In this document: positions 1 through 9,837 of the stretch, in pieces | How the letters are laid out: every line of letters starts with the position of its first letter | Numbering within the stretch: the first letter of the stretch is position 1 | Assembly (NCBI GenBank): GCA_965222115.1 | Contig: CBDCTJ010000007.1 | Coordinates: forward strand, 384,001-448,000 | Direction of reading: 5' to 3' | Origin: Planctomycetota bacterium | Lineage (GTDB): Bacteria; Planctomycetota; PLA2; JAEUHO01 | DNA: 64,000 nucleotides | Program-made: the position numbers and the translations under genes | Notes under the pieces: generated by a model | The model's database searches: none | Told to the model about the DNA's origin: nothing | The model's input: the letters and a program-made list of their open reading frames with translations, nothing else

Positions 1-641
1 TTGACATCGCGGTGAATCACACCGCGCTCGTGGGCGTAATGTAGGGCCGATGCCACGTCGCGTAAAACGGCGGCCGCCCTACGTCGGGGAAGGGTTCGTT
101 CTGCGAGCGACTCGCCATCGACAAAGGCCTGAATGAGATACGCCCGCCCATCCACGTCGCCCAGTTCGTACACGCGTGGAATAAGGGGGTGGTCGAGTTC
201 GGTGGTGATCGTGGCTTCGCGAAGAAAGCGTGCGCGAGCGCCGTCGTCTTCAACCATCAAGAATTTGATCGCCACCAACTCGTTTCGATCATCACGCGCG
301 GCCAACCACACCTCGCCCATGCCCCCTTTGCCAAGCGGACGCATCAATACACAATTTTCAACGCGCGTACCCGCGCTCAATTCGAGTTGCTGAAACGCTC
401 CGGTAGGCAGACCTCGAATGTCGTCAGCATCTGCGCGCTCGACTTCGTCGGACGACTCCGCAAGCCGATCCGGCGGCACGCGTCCGTCATCGCGCAAGAG
501 TGCTGACAACGCCTTGGAACTGCTAACGCAATCTACGTCTTCACGATTGAGTACACCGGACGCAACCAGTCGCTCGGCAACTGCCTCGTCTCGCAGCGCT
601 GCCTGGCCCTTACGAATGCGCGCTATGAGCCGAGGATCCAT
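1..641 (-). CDS. Ser/Thr protein kinase, N-terminal part (runs off the left edge; missing from ORF track)
   Basis: Manual translation from ATG 641: MDPRLIARIRKG...LGKGGMGEVWLA...VAIKFL...RFLREA...ALHYAHERGVIHRDVK. Start overlaps the end of the upstream ECF gene. Confidence 0.92.
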   Translation of the reverse strand, partial: MDPRLIARIRKGQAALRDEAVAERLVASGVLNREDVDCVSSSKALSALLRDDGRVPPDRLAESSDEVERADADDIRGLPTGAFQQLELSAGTRVENCVLMRPLGKGGMGEVWLAARDDRNELVAIKFLMVEDDGARARFLREATITTELDHPLIPRVYELGDVDGRAYLIQAFVDGESLAERTLPRRRAAAVLRDVASALHYAHERGVIHRDV

Positions 642-1318
642 CGCATTTCATCCTGTGCGTCGTCCGCATCGAGTGCGTAGCGCTTTACTTCGTCGAGTAC
701 GTAGCCGCGCAACTGTTTGCGTGCCGCCGACAATCGCCCGCGCACGGTGGCCGCGGAGACGCCCAACGTCGCCGCGACGTCCGCGTACGTGGGAGACGCG
801 TCCTCGAGTTCAAATAGTCGAAACACCTCCCAACGTTCAGCATGCTTGGAATCGATCTCCAATCGCTTTAGTGCACGCGTCAGTACCAACTGGAGCCATG
901 CGTGATCAAAGGCGTCCTCGGGGCCTGCTCCTTCATGTGTCAACCCATCAAGTCGTTCAACGGCCACTTTGCGCATGTGACCACCGTGCTTCTGCCGCCC
1001 TCGATCGCGCACATCGTTTCGCAAAAAGTTGGTAAACGCTGCTTTGAGAAAAGAACGCAAGCGACCACGCGTAGGACTGACGTCGTTGAGAAAGGCGCGT
1101 CCTTCCAGATCGACAAAAAATGCTTGTACCAAGTCTTCGGCGTCAGCGTCGCTCTTGCGCCACCCGTAACGCGCCATGCAGTAAAGAGGCCCGCTGTAGC
1201 GCGAAAAGAGCACCCCGAGCAACTCGCGTCGCACGTGTTCATTGCCGTCGCGATCACGCACAATCATGCTCCACATGGTGCTTGGAAACGCAGCACGGCG
1301 AGGAGAAGGCGCGGTCAT
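623..1318 (-). CDS. ECF sigma-70 factor, kinase-associated type
   Basis: FPSTMWS N-terminal motif, DAEDLVQAFF (region 2), RGRLRSFL, YADVAATLGVSAATVRGRLSAAR (region 4 HTH); coupled to the downstream kinase. Confidence 0.9.
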   Translation of the reverse strand: MTAPSPRRAAFPSTMWSMIVRDRDGNEHVRRELLGVLFSRYSGPLYCMARYGWRKSDADAEDLVQAFFVDLEGRAFLNDVSPTRGRLRSFLKAAFTNFLRNDVRDRGRQKHGGHMRKVAVERLDGLTHEGAGPEDAFDHAWLQLVLTRALKRLEIDSKHAERWEVFRLFELEDASPTYADVAATLGVSAATVRGRLSAARKQLRGYVLDEVKRYALDADDAQDEMRWILGS

Positions 1319-1425
1319 GCACCCACTGTACGTCCCGGCAGGCGACCGTGAAAGTGTGCAGGTCGCTGAACGCCCGCGGCCTGCTCGCGTTAGAATGCGT
1401 ACCGACCACCTGCTGGAGGATCCCC

Positions 1426-2511
1426 ATGAGCCACTACAGCCCGCTACTTTTGCTGGGGCTAACGATGTTGGCGGGCAGCCTGATGACAGGCTGCGATGGC
1501 GACGCGCAAGCCAAAGACAAGCAGCCCAGGCCCTTCGCAGAGTTTCGAGGTGACTCAGACGTAGCCAACACCGCCGTGCGCGAGTGGGCCGGCAAGGGCG
1601 AGGCTGCGCTCCCCGAACTACGCAAAGGCCTCAGCAGCGACAGCATCAAGGTTCGACACTACTGTCAAAAGGCACTGTCGATGATTACCGGGCAATGGGG
1701 CGGTGATGGTCGCCTGATGTGGCAACGTTCCGTCAAGGACGCAAAGGGCGGCGACAAGCCGCTGATGGTGCTACATCTTTTCGGCAAGTTCGATGATGAG
1801 TTCTGCTGAGCCAACGGCAAACTCGCGAGAACCGTGACGTTCTCCGACAAGCGCATCATTGAAGCCGTTGGCAGGACGTTTACGCCGGTGTGGGAATCGG
1901 TGGCGCCCGCATCGGTCGCCGAGTTCGATTTGGGTGACGGCAAAAAAGTGCGCGGAACCATTGGCGGTGAGATCGCACTCTATTTTTGCCGGCCCGACGG
2001 CAAAGTGTTCGATTGCTTGCCCGCGCTGCAGTCTCCGGCAGTCACGCTTGCGGCGATTGAACGCGCAGCGGCGTTCTACGCGTCTTCGAAGGGCGCACCC
2101 GATCTAGCCATTGCCGGTTACAACGCGAAGCGGCGGGACACGATTGCAAAAGAACACGGCATCACAACCAAGAAGGCGGCGGATGTTGTTGCGGCGGCCC
2201 ACGAGAAGCTCAAGAAACGCCTCGCCATGGGAGGGCCTGCAGATCGCGTGATGACGACAGCACTCTTGTCCAAGTCGGCCATTGGCTTAGGGTCGGGCGC
2301 GGCCGAGTCGGTCACGGTGGTTGAGCCTGGTGGCTTATGGCTTTACGCGATTCAAGTGCATGACCTCCTGGCCAAGAGCACGCTCCGCACACCCCAAGAA
2401 CTCAAGACATTCGTCTTCGAGGGCATACTCGATCAAAAGCTTGAAGGAGGCACGCAACGTTTTAGTTCGATGAGTGTATTGCCCATGTCGATCGTTGAGT
2501 CGAGTAAGTAG
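1426..2511 (+). CDS. Putative selenoprotein: lipoprotein with thioredoxin-like, selenoprotein-N-like CU motif (UGA 1807-1809 read as Sec128), 361 aa
   Basis: RBS GGAGGA 1415-1420, ATG 1426, lipobox-like MTGC (Cys23). Frame continues through TGC-TGA into the ORF 1834..2511: LHLFGKFDDEFC-U-ANGKLARTVTFSDKRIIEAVGRTFTPVWESV. SECIS-like hairpin follows; tRNA-Sec present in window. Confidence 0.82.
1823..1847 (+). promoter_or_regulatory. Candidate bacterial SECIS element
   Basis: TCG(C)GAGAAC-CGTGAC-GTTCTC-CGA: 9-bp stem with one bulged C, 6-nt loop with G at position 2, loop starting after a 23-nt spacer from the UGA. Confidence 0.65.
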
Positions 2512-2533
2512 GAATCCGCTACGCGCGACATCG

Positions 2534-3745
2534 CTATTTGCGGCCGCGCTTGAGTACATAGGCCTCAGCCGCAAGAATCTCTGTGTTGCGCCCTTCCTGC
2601 ACATCGACGGCTTTGGGTTCGACAACTTCGTGCGGATCGATGCCATTGAACTCAATCAACGTGCCGCCTACACCTCTACGACTTCGCGTGGAGTAACGAA
2701 CGGTGGCAATCCCGCTGGGAAAGGTCCACATCTTCTTTGAACTTGACGATCCGGCCGTCGTTGTTCCGAATACACGTGCCTTGTGAATGCCCACAAGGTC
2801 GCGCACGAGCGTTTCTCCGGCCGAAATGCAGCCCGCGTCGATAACTACCGCAACAGGTCCCTTCATCGACTTGATCGCCTGAATAAGGCCGTTGTTGTAT
2901 CCCCCACCCGAGTTCCCTCGCAGATCGACGATCCACCCCTTTGCATCGCCATGTTTCTCTAGCGCCTGGGCAATTCCTTCCTCAAGACTTCGGTCCACGC
3001 GCCGCCAGTACATATAGCCCACACCGCTTGCGAACTTTGTGTACCAGAATGACTTACCCACCTTTTGAAGATCTTTCGGCGTATTGTACATACGCGGCCA
3101 CCCTTTGATGTCGAACTGACAGCGAAGCGTGACCGTCTTGCTCTTGCCTTCGTCAAGATAGGTCATCTTGTGTTTGGTGCCAGGCTCTCCAACGAGCGGT
3201 GTTCGATACGTGAAGATGCGGGCGCGCTGAGGACTTGAAAAACCGCCGCCCGCTTCCCAGTCGGCTTGCGCTTGCTTCTCAAGAAACTTCCGCGCGGGCT
3301 TGCCGTCGATCTTCGTAACGACCATGCCCGGTTTGAACGTGGTCTCTCTTCCTGGTGGCCCATGAAGAATGACGACCTGTTTGTCAGCGGCGGCGAGGAA
3401 ACCAAGGCCCGGATACTGTTGCTTGGGCCAATCGACCTCAATGCCTTCCTTGGGCGTGACCGACATATGTGCATCGCGCAGCACTTTGATGGCGTCCCAC
3501 ACCAAGAGGATGAACTCGCCATCGCTCTTGCACGTACTCGCCCGTTTGCTGAGGTCCTTCTTGGCCGCTTTCCAGTCCTTTCGAATCTTCTTGAGGTCGA
3601 AAAACGGGTAGGTCTTGTCCACGTGCTTTACGAACTCAGCAAAGTCGGTCTTGTAGACCGCGCCACGCTTCCCCTTCGCCTCAAGCGGCGCAATGGCGCA
3701 CACGATGACGGTGAATACGGTGAACCAAGAAATCGCGTACTTCAT
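2534..3745 (-). CDS. S41 family (tail-specific protease-like) secreted peptidase with PDZ-like region
   Basis: Signal peptide MKYAISWF, LRDAHM, VVTKIDG, IVDLRGNSGGG, CISAGE, FGTTTAG, IEFNGIDPH; RBS GAGGA before ATG 3745. Confidence 0.88.
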   Translation of the reverse strand: MKYAISWFTVFTVIVCAIAPLEAKGKRGAVYKTDFAEFVKHVDKTYPFFDLKKIRKDWKAAKKDLSKRASTCKSDGEFILLVWDAIKVLRDAHMSVTPKEGIEVDWPKQQYPGLGFLAAADKQVVILHGPPGRETTFKPGMVVTKIDGKPARKFLEKQAQADWEAGGGFSSPQRARIFTYRTPLVGEPGTKHKMTYLDEGKSKTVTLRCQFDIKGWPRMYNTPKDLQKVGKSFWYTKFASGVGYMYWRRVDRSLEEGIAQALEKHGDAKGWIVDLRGNSGGGYNNGLIQAIKSMKGPVAVVIDAGCISAGETLVRDLVGIHKARVFGTTTAGSSSSKKMWTFPSGIATVRYSTRSRRGVGGTLIEFNGIDPHEVVEPKAVDVQEGRNTEILAAEAYVLKRGRK

Positions 3746-3994
3746 GATGTCCTCACCCTTGATGGTAGCGATACTACTGTATGTGACGAGCCCGGACTGG
3801 ACAGCGTCTCGATCGGGGACAAGATGCCTTCGTCGAATTAGTGAGGACGACGCATGCGCGCCACGCAATTCGCATTTGTAGCGACTATCATGGGCATGAT
3901 GCTTCTCTCGTCACCTTGCGCGCTCTCCAAGGGCGCGAGGGACGTCAAGCAGAAAGAGGCCGTTGCCACGTCGTGGGCGCAAAGCTAGGAATTT

Positions 3995-4708
3995 ATGAAA
4001 TACATCCCCTTCCTACTCATCAATCTTGCCACTGTAGCGATTGGCATCGCCATCTACGACCACTACCGAGACAGCGACCAAGATACGCCAACGACGAATG
4101 CACACGTCAACGAAAGCGACCTTCGTGGTGTGGAGAAACGTTTGGCAGCGCTTGAAGCCGAGCAAACACCTATGCTGCACGCACCGGACTCGCTGCCGGG
4201 CATCAAGAAGCGCTTGCTTGCCCTCGAATCCAAGCTACATCAAGCGAAGAACGAACCATCAGTTGCAACCAGCGAATCCAACTCTACCGCAGCGAGCTCT
4301 CCATCAGGCCAGCCGTTCGCATCACGGTTTGAACCAACGGCAGAGGACGTCCGTCGATTTCGGCAATTGCAAGAAGCCGTGAAACGAGACGAACGAGTAC
4401 AGCGCCACCGCGCTCGCGTAAACAAGACGCTTGACAAACTTGGACTCAATCTTTCAATCAAGCAGCGCGAGGATGTTGCTCAAAAACTCGCCGACTTTGG
4501 CAAGCGCTCAAACGAGATTTGGGACGAAGTAAAATCCCAAGCACGCGAAACCATGGAATCGGGCGGCACCATCGACAAGATGGAGCTCATGAACACCACG
4601 TACGCCACGCTCCGCACAGAGTTTGCGGTTTCGCTCGAAGGCATCGTGCCCGTGGCCGACGCGGAGTCTATTGCCGCCGCGCTGATGCCGCACCGACGCG
4701 GAAAATAG
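3995..4708 (+). CDS. Hypothetical membrane-anchored coiled-coil protein
   Basis: AGGA RBS, N-terminal hydrophobic segment, helical charged body. Confidence 0.75.
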   Translation: MKYIPFLLINLATVAIGIAIYDHYRDSDQDTPTTNAHVNESDLRGVEKRLAALEAEQTPMLHAPDSLPGIKKRLLALESKLHQAKNEPSVATSESNSTAASSPSGQPFASRFEPTAEDVRRFRQLQEAVKRDERVQRHRARVNKTLDKLGLNLSIKQREDVAQKLADFGKRSNEIWDEVKSQARETMESGGTIDKMELMNTTYATLRTEFAVSLEGIVPVADAESIAAALMPHRRGK

Positions 4709-4752
4709 TCCTCGCGCAGATCGAAACGCGCGCGCATGGTAACCTGCGCACG

Positions 4753-5307
4753 ATGAGCGAAATAGGCAACGAGTTTCTACAGAAGGTGGTCGCACAACTG
4801 AAGGGGCTAAAATCCCTCGCCGAACGTGCGTTGGTGCAAGTAGACGATGAACAGTTCTTCCGCGTGCCGGCGGCGAACGCGTCGAGCATCGCGACCAACG
4901 TGAAGCATATGGCGGGCAACATGAAGTCGCGGTGGACGGACTTCTTAAGGAGTGATGGCGAGAAATCCTGGCGCCACCGCGATCAAGAGTTCGTGCCACC
5001 CATCGCGGACCGAGATAGGCTCATGAATGAATGGGAATCGGCGTGGGCGCTCACGCTGGGCACCATCGAAGGTCTCGCGCCCAGCGACCTGCTCAAGCAC
5101 ACTGCCATTCGAAGCGAGTTTGACACCGCGATGCAACGTATCCTCCGGCAACTGGGTCACTACAGCTACCACGTGGGACAAATCGTGACGCTTGCTCGGT
5201 TGGAAGCAGGCGACGCATGGGAATCGTTATCCGTTCCGCTGGGGCAATCGGCACAGTACAACGCTTCCCTTGGTCATCTTGTTGATCAAGAAGATACATC
5301 GGCGTGA
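4753..5307 (+). CDS. DinB superfamily protein (DUF1572-like)
   Basis: SSIATNVKHMAGNMKSRWTDFLRSDGEKSWRHRDQEF and RQLGHYSYHVGQIV; ATG 4753. Confidence 0.88.
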   Translation: MSEIGNEFLQKVVAQLKGLKSLAERALVQVDDEQFFRVPAANASSIATNVKHMAGNMKSRWTDFLRSDGEKSWRHRDQEFVPPIADRDRLMNEWESAWALTLGTIEGLAPSDLLKHTAIRSEFDTAMQRILRQLGHYSYHVGQIVTLARLEAGDAWESLSVPLGQSAQYNASLGHLVDQEDTSA

Positions 5308-5371
5308 ATGGGCGTTTGCTAGGGGGGACGTGGGTACACGTTCTCGACGCCAACACCGGCGCGCTTAGATC

Positions 5372-6091
5372 ATGAGTAGAAAAAGGAAACCGCCAAGCCA
5401 ACCTGTGTCGGCCAAAGAGGCCCTTGCGTGGCTTAAGCGTCGTGGCACCAAGAAGCAAATTCACGAACTCGATCGATACGGCATCACGGCGACGAAACCA
5501 CTGGGAGTAACGGTGGCGGACCTACGGAAGTACGCCAAGACGATCGGGACTGATCACGACCTCGCACTCGCGCTTTGGGCATCGGGACACTATGAGGCGC
5601 GCATGTTGGCAGCGATGGTTGACGATCCTGCGCGCGTGACGCTTTCCCAAATGAATGCGTGGGCCGCCGACTTTGACAACTGGGCCATCACCGACACGGT
5701 GTGCTTTCAACTCTTCGATCGGACGCCCCATGCGTGGAAGAAGGCCGCGCAGTGGTCACGTGCGAAGCGGGAGTTCGTGAAACGCGCTGCTTATGCGTTG
5801 ATCTGGGCGCTGAGCGTCCACGACAAGCGCGCACCCGATTCTGCGTTTCGAGAAGGGCTGGCGCTCATCGAAGCGGGCGCACACGACGAGCGACACTTCG
5901 TCAAAAAAGCGGTGAATATGGCGTTGCGTGCGGTTGGAAAGCGAAACAAGGCACTCAACGCCACCGCGATCAAGGTGGCCAAGCGCCTAGCAAATGAGGA
6001 GGCAGCGGCGCCTCGGTGGATCGGCAGCCATGCACGGCGCGAGTTGGAGAGTCCGGCGGTGAAACGGAGGCTCAGTTTGCCGAATCCGTAG
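5372..6091 (+). CDS. DNA alkylation repair protein (AlkD-like HEAT glycosylase family)
   Basis: LGVTVADLRKYAK, DHDLALALWASGHYEAR, FDNWAITD, DERHFVKKAVNMALRAVGKRN. Confidence 0.9.
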   Translation: MSRKRKPPSQPVSAKEALAWLKRRGTKKQIHELDRYGITATKPLGVTVADLRKYAKTIGTDHDLALALWASGHYEARMLAAMVDDPARVTLSQMNAWAADFDNWAITDTVCFQLFDRTPHAWKKAAQWSRAKREFVKRAAYALIWALSVHDKRAPDSAFREGLALIEAGAHDERHFVKKAVNMALRAVGKRNKALNATAIKVAKRLANEEAAAPRWIGSHARRELESPAVKRRLSLPNP

Positions 6092-6138
6092 TACTGACAC
6101 CTACTCACGGCTAATCTGCTACAGAACACTAAACGCTC

Positions 6139-9100
6139 ATGAACGCACCGTCCAAACCACAGAACGAAATCGATCGTCTGGCGCAAGAGTTCGTAGAACG
6201 CACAAGGCGGGGTGAAGCACCGGCAATTGACGAGTACGTCCACCGCTACCCGGATCACGCGAGCGACATTCGGAAAGTTTTTCCGCTACTGACAGCCCTT
6301 GAAACCGTTGCCATCGAACAACCAAGGATTGGTTCCCATGTTGGGCCCTACAAAATCACTCGCGAGGTTGGCCGCGGTGGTATGGGGATCGTCTATGAGG
6401 CCGTCCAAGGTGAACTCGGACGTCGCGTTGCACTCAAAGTGCTACCGGTGTACGCGACACGGGATCCTCAGTTTCTTGAGCGTTTCCGTCGAGAAGCGCA
6501 AGCCGCGGCCAAGCTCAAGCACCCAAGCATCGTTCCGGTAATCGGTGCCGGAAGCGATGACGATATTCACTACTATTCAATGCAGTTCATTGAGGGCCGT
6601 GGGCTCGACCGCGTTGTCGTTGAGATGCGCGAAAGGATGTCGGCCCAAGGCGAAACACGTACCAAGAACGACTACCGGACGATCGCCCGAATCGGGCTGC
6701 AAATCGCCGATGCCATTGCGCACGCCCACGCACAAGGTGTACTCCACCGCGACATCAAACCGACCAACATTGTGCTTGATCACACCGGGCATGCATGGGT
6801 TACCGATTTCGGACTTTGTCAACCGACCGATGCTGAGGGGTTGACCAAGACTGGCGACGTGATCGGGACATTTCGGTACATGCCACCCGAGCGGTTTTCC
6901 GGCGTATCCGACGTTCGGGGCGATGTGTATGGCATTGGCATCACGCTGTTTGAACTCCTCGCACTTCGGCGCGCCTACGAAGGCGATGATCCCGCAACAC
7001 TTGCAACACGCATCTTGAAAGCGGATTCGCCCAAGCTACTGAGTTTCGAGGAACGAATTCCCCGCGAACTTGAACTCATTGTGCGAAAAGCGATGGCGCA
7101 TGATCCCAAGGCCCGGTACGGAACCGCCGAAGCCTTGGCCGATGACCTGCGCGCCTACTTATCGGGCCTGCCCATCGCGGCACGTGCGCCTACAACTGGG
7201 TACGTTCTCAAGAAGGCCATCCTGCGACACAAGGCACTCGCCGCGACAATCGGTATGTGCACGCTGTTGTTGATGGGCAGCGGGGTTTGGTACGTGCGCG
7301 ACCTGCGTGCCAAAGAGCACGAGGCGCGGCAAGGGCAATACTTGGCAAGCATCCATGCCGTGGCCGCAGCCAAGCAGGGATTTGAGCGCCGAACGGCCGA
7401 CGTACTACTCAATGAGGCTCCTGTGGAGTTTCGAAACTGGGAATGGGCCTATCTCAAAGCACAGTTGCATAACGAGCTCAGAAACTTTGAGAACAAAGAT
7501 GGCTCCGTGCAGGCAATCGCGTTTTCCCCTGCTGCGCGCCGCTTCGCGTGTGTAACAGGCCATCACGTGCAGGTCTTTGATTACGACGCAGGAGCACGCG
7601 TCGCCCGTATCGCGCTGTCTGGATGGGGAATGCACGTCGGGTGGAGCGCCGACGGTAAGCGCGTGGTCGCCGCAACCACGCGAGGAATCGAAGTCTGGGA
7701 TGCCGGCCCGCCGCGGCGATTGCTAAGTAAGGAAGCCAAGGCAACGGGTTGGGTATCGTTTCGACGGCGTGACAAGGAGATCGTTGCGGGCGTGCAAGGG
7801 GGCACCATTTTGCGACTCGACGCATCGACAGGCGACGAACTGAGTCGAATCGAACGCGGTGAAGAACTTATGGGGGTTGCCAGTCCGCACCCACACGAGT
7901 TTGATCTCGTCGCCACGGTCACATCCGATAGCCAGTTAACCGTGCATGATCTTAGGACGGGGGCGTCGCTGTGGTCCGTGCAACTCGCCTCCAAGCGCGC
8001 TCGACATGTTCTGTTCGCAAACGCATCGACCGTTGTCACGTCCTCGCAGCTTATGGATGCATGGGACGCGAAGACTGGAAAACACGTGTGGACCACATCC
8101 CTCGGCGATGGCGCGTCTCGACCCATTGGGGACCCCTTGGCAGCTCGTGTGCTTGTACGCGTGCGCGATCAGCTGCGAGTCCTGGATGTGGCCACCGGCG
8201 AAGTGTTGCACACCCTCAAGGGACGCGTTTCACCCCGGCGCGGGGCGATCCATCCGAATGGACGCACGATGGTGGTGGGCACGCTATCGGGCGAGATTCA
8301 GGAGTGGTACCTCGGCGATCGCAAGAACCCACATTTACTCGGACAACACATGGACGACATCTTGGCCATGGATGTTCATCCCGATGGGCACACGGCGGCC
8401 TCATGCGGCTTTGGCGGCATCGTGCGTATCTGGGACCTTGCCTCGGGGGAGTTGGCCCGCGCCCATATTGCCCATACGGCAACCGCCATATCCATTCGCT
8501 ATTCGCGCGACGGACGTTGGCTCGCTTCGTCCGATCGGCGGGGTGAGATTCATCTCTGGGAGGGCGAGACGGCACAAGCGGTGAAGCACTGGAACGTTGG
8601 CGATTCTACCCTGGTAACCCTAGCGTTTCTTCCGAACAACCGCGGGTTATTGAGCTACGACACGCGTGGCACACTCTGTCTGTGGTCCATTCCGGAAGGA
8701 GAGCTTCGTGCACGCCATACGGGCCTTGGCGACTGGTCGCATACACAGGACACGACACCCCTGATCGACGTCAGTCAAGGTGGCGCGTGGATCGCTTACA
8801 CGTTGCCCGATGGAACGGTCGCCATTCACGAAGGAAAGCAGCTTGCGCGCATTCGTGAACTCGATGCGCACGAGACCATGGCAACGGGCATTGCATTTCA
8901 TCCGACCAAGCCCGTGCTGGTAACGGTTGCGAATGAAGGCGTACTTCGCGTTTGGGATACAAGTACGGGATCGCAAACAGGCGAGTATCGGCCGGCGTCG
9001 CTCAACATTGCACCGGAAACCGGCCTCAATCGCGTCGCATTTAGTCCCGACGGTACACGTGTGGCCGCCGGAGCGTTTAACGGCACACTCACACTTTGGG

Positions 9101-9828
9101 ATGCATCTCGCGCGCGCCCTCTGGTCAACATTCCAAAGCCCTATTGGATCAACGCCGTGCGATTCAGTCCGGATGGCACGCGACTCCTTGCGGGCATGGC
9201 GTACGGATCCATTGCCATCGCAGATACTGTGCCAATGAAGCAGAGGGTTCCGGCCTTTGAGCGTGCGGTGAAGTTACGTGAAGCTGCTAGGACCGTCAGC
9301 GAAGAACTTGTGACGCGGCATGGAACATACGACGCCGCATTGGTGGCCTTAAACGGCAGCGATGGGATGGATACATCGCTTCAAGAGGCTTGTCGGCGCC
9401 TTCTGCACGCCCAGCGCGCCTCCATCCCGGAACTCATCAAGCGGCTGTGGCGTGAGCTGATCAAAGCCCAAGGCACACCCGACCGCTACGAACTCGCGCG
9501 CGGAATCGCCGCAGGCCTGTGGCGAACATCGCACCACTGGGCGCGCCCAAATCCCGAAAGTGACAGTTTGCTCGCGCTTGCGTTTCTTCGGTGCGACCAA
9601 CCAAAACGTGCGTTGCGCGTTACGAAACGAATTGCTCCACTCAACGAGAAGCGGGCCCCGGAGATGTATGCCGTCGATCTCTGCGTCTCGATCCTTGCCC
9701 ATCGCGCGCTGAACAATGTCAGCGACGCCGCAGCAACAAGAAACACGCTGGAATCGCTGCTCGAAGCGCAACCCCTTCTACGAACCCCGCGCGTCCGCGC
9801 GCTCAAAGCTGAGGCGGGCAAGCCATAA
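6139..9828 (+). CDS. Ser/Thr protein kinase with C-terminal WD40 propellers
   Basis: GRGGMGIVY, VALKVL, HRDIKPTN, TDFGL, GTFRYMPPE; one TM segment; WD-like repeats (ASCGFGGIVRIWD, GVLRVWD); planctomycete-type N-terminus FVERTRRGEAPAIDEYVHRYP. Confidence 0.95.
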   Translation: MNAPSKPQNEIDRLAQEFVERTRRGEAPAIDEYVHRYPDHASDIRKVFPLLTALETVAIEQPRIGSHVGPYKITREVGRGGMGIVYEAVQGELGRRVALKVLPVYATRDPQFLERFRREAQAAAKLKHPSIVPVIGAGSDDDIHYYSMQFIEGRGLDRVVVEMRERMSAQGETRTKNDYRTIARIGLQIADAIAHAHAQGVLHRDIKPTNIVLDHTGHAWVTDFGLCQPTDAEGLTKTGDVIGTFRYMPPERFSGVSDVRGDVYGIGITLFELLALRRAYEGDDPATLATRILKADSPKLLSFEERIPRELELIVRKAMAHDPKARYGTAEALADDLRAYLSGLPIAARAPTTGYVLKKAILRHKALAATIGMCTLLLMGSGVWYVRDLRAKEHEARQGQYLASIHAVAAAKQGFERRTADVLLNEAPVEFRNWEWAYLKAQLHNELRNFENKDGSVQAIAFSPAARRFACVTGHHVQVFDYDAGARVARIALSGWGMHVGWSADGKRVVAATTRGIEVWDAGPPRRLLSKEAKATGWVSFRRRDKEIVAGVQGGTILRLDASTGDELSRIERGEELMGVASPHPHEFDLVATVTSDSQLTVHDLRTGASLWSVQLASKRARHVLFANASTVVTSSQLMDAWDAKTGKHVWTTSLGDGASRPIGDPLAARVLVRVRDQLRVLDVATGEVLHTLKGRVSPRRGAIHPNGRTMVVGTLSGEIQEWYLGDRKNPHLLGQHMDDILAMDVHPDGHTAASCGFGGIVRIWDLASGELARAHIAHTATAISIRYSRDGRWLASSDRRGEIHLWEGETAQAVKHWNVGDSTLVTLAFLPNNRGLLSYDTRGTLCLWSIPEGELRARHTGLGDWSHTQDTTPLIDVSQGGAWIAYTLPDGTVAIHEGKQLARIRELDAHETMATGIAFHPTKPVLVTVANEGVLRVWDTSTGSQTGEYRPASLNIAPETGLNRVAFSPDGTRVAAGAFNGTLTLWDASRARPLVNIPKPYWINAVRFSPDGTRLLAGMAYGSIAIADTVPMKQRVPAFERAVKLREAARTVSEELVTRHGTYDAALVALNGSDGMDTSLQEACRRLLHAQRASIPELIKRLWRELIKAQGTPDRYELARGIAAGLWRTSHHWARPNPESDSLLALAFLRCDQPKRALRVTKRIAPLNEKRAPEMYAVDLCVSILAHRALNNVSDAAATRNTLESLLEAQPLLRTPRVRALKAEAGKP

Positions 9829-9837
9829 CGTCAGAGC

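Noticed and set aside
1120-1425. N-terminal extension of the track ORF 1120..1809
   Set aside because: Overlaps the ECF gene antisense; the RBS and signal peptide point to ATG 1426.
1834-2511. Independent gene starting at GTG 1834
   Set aside because: No clear RBS, starts mid-domain and inside the SECIS-like loop; better explained as the post-UGA half of one gene.
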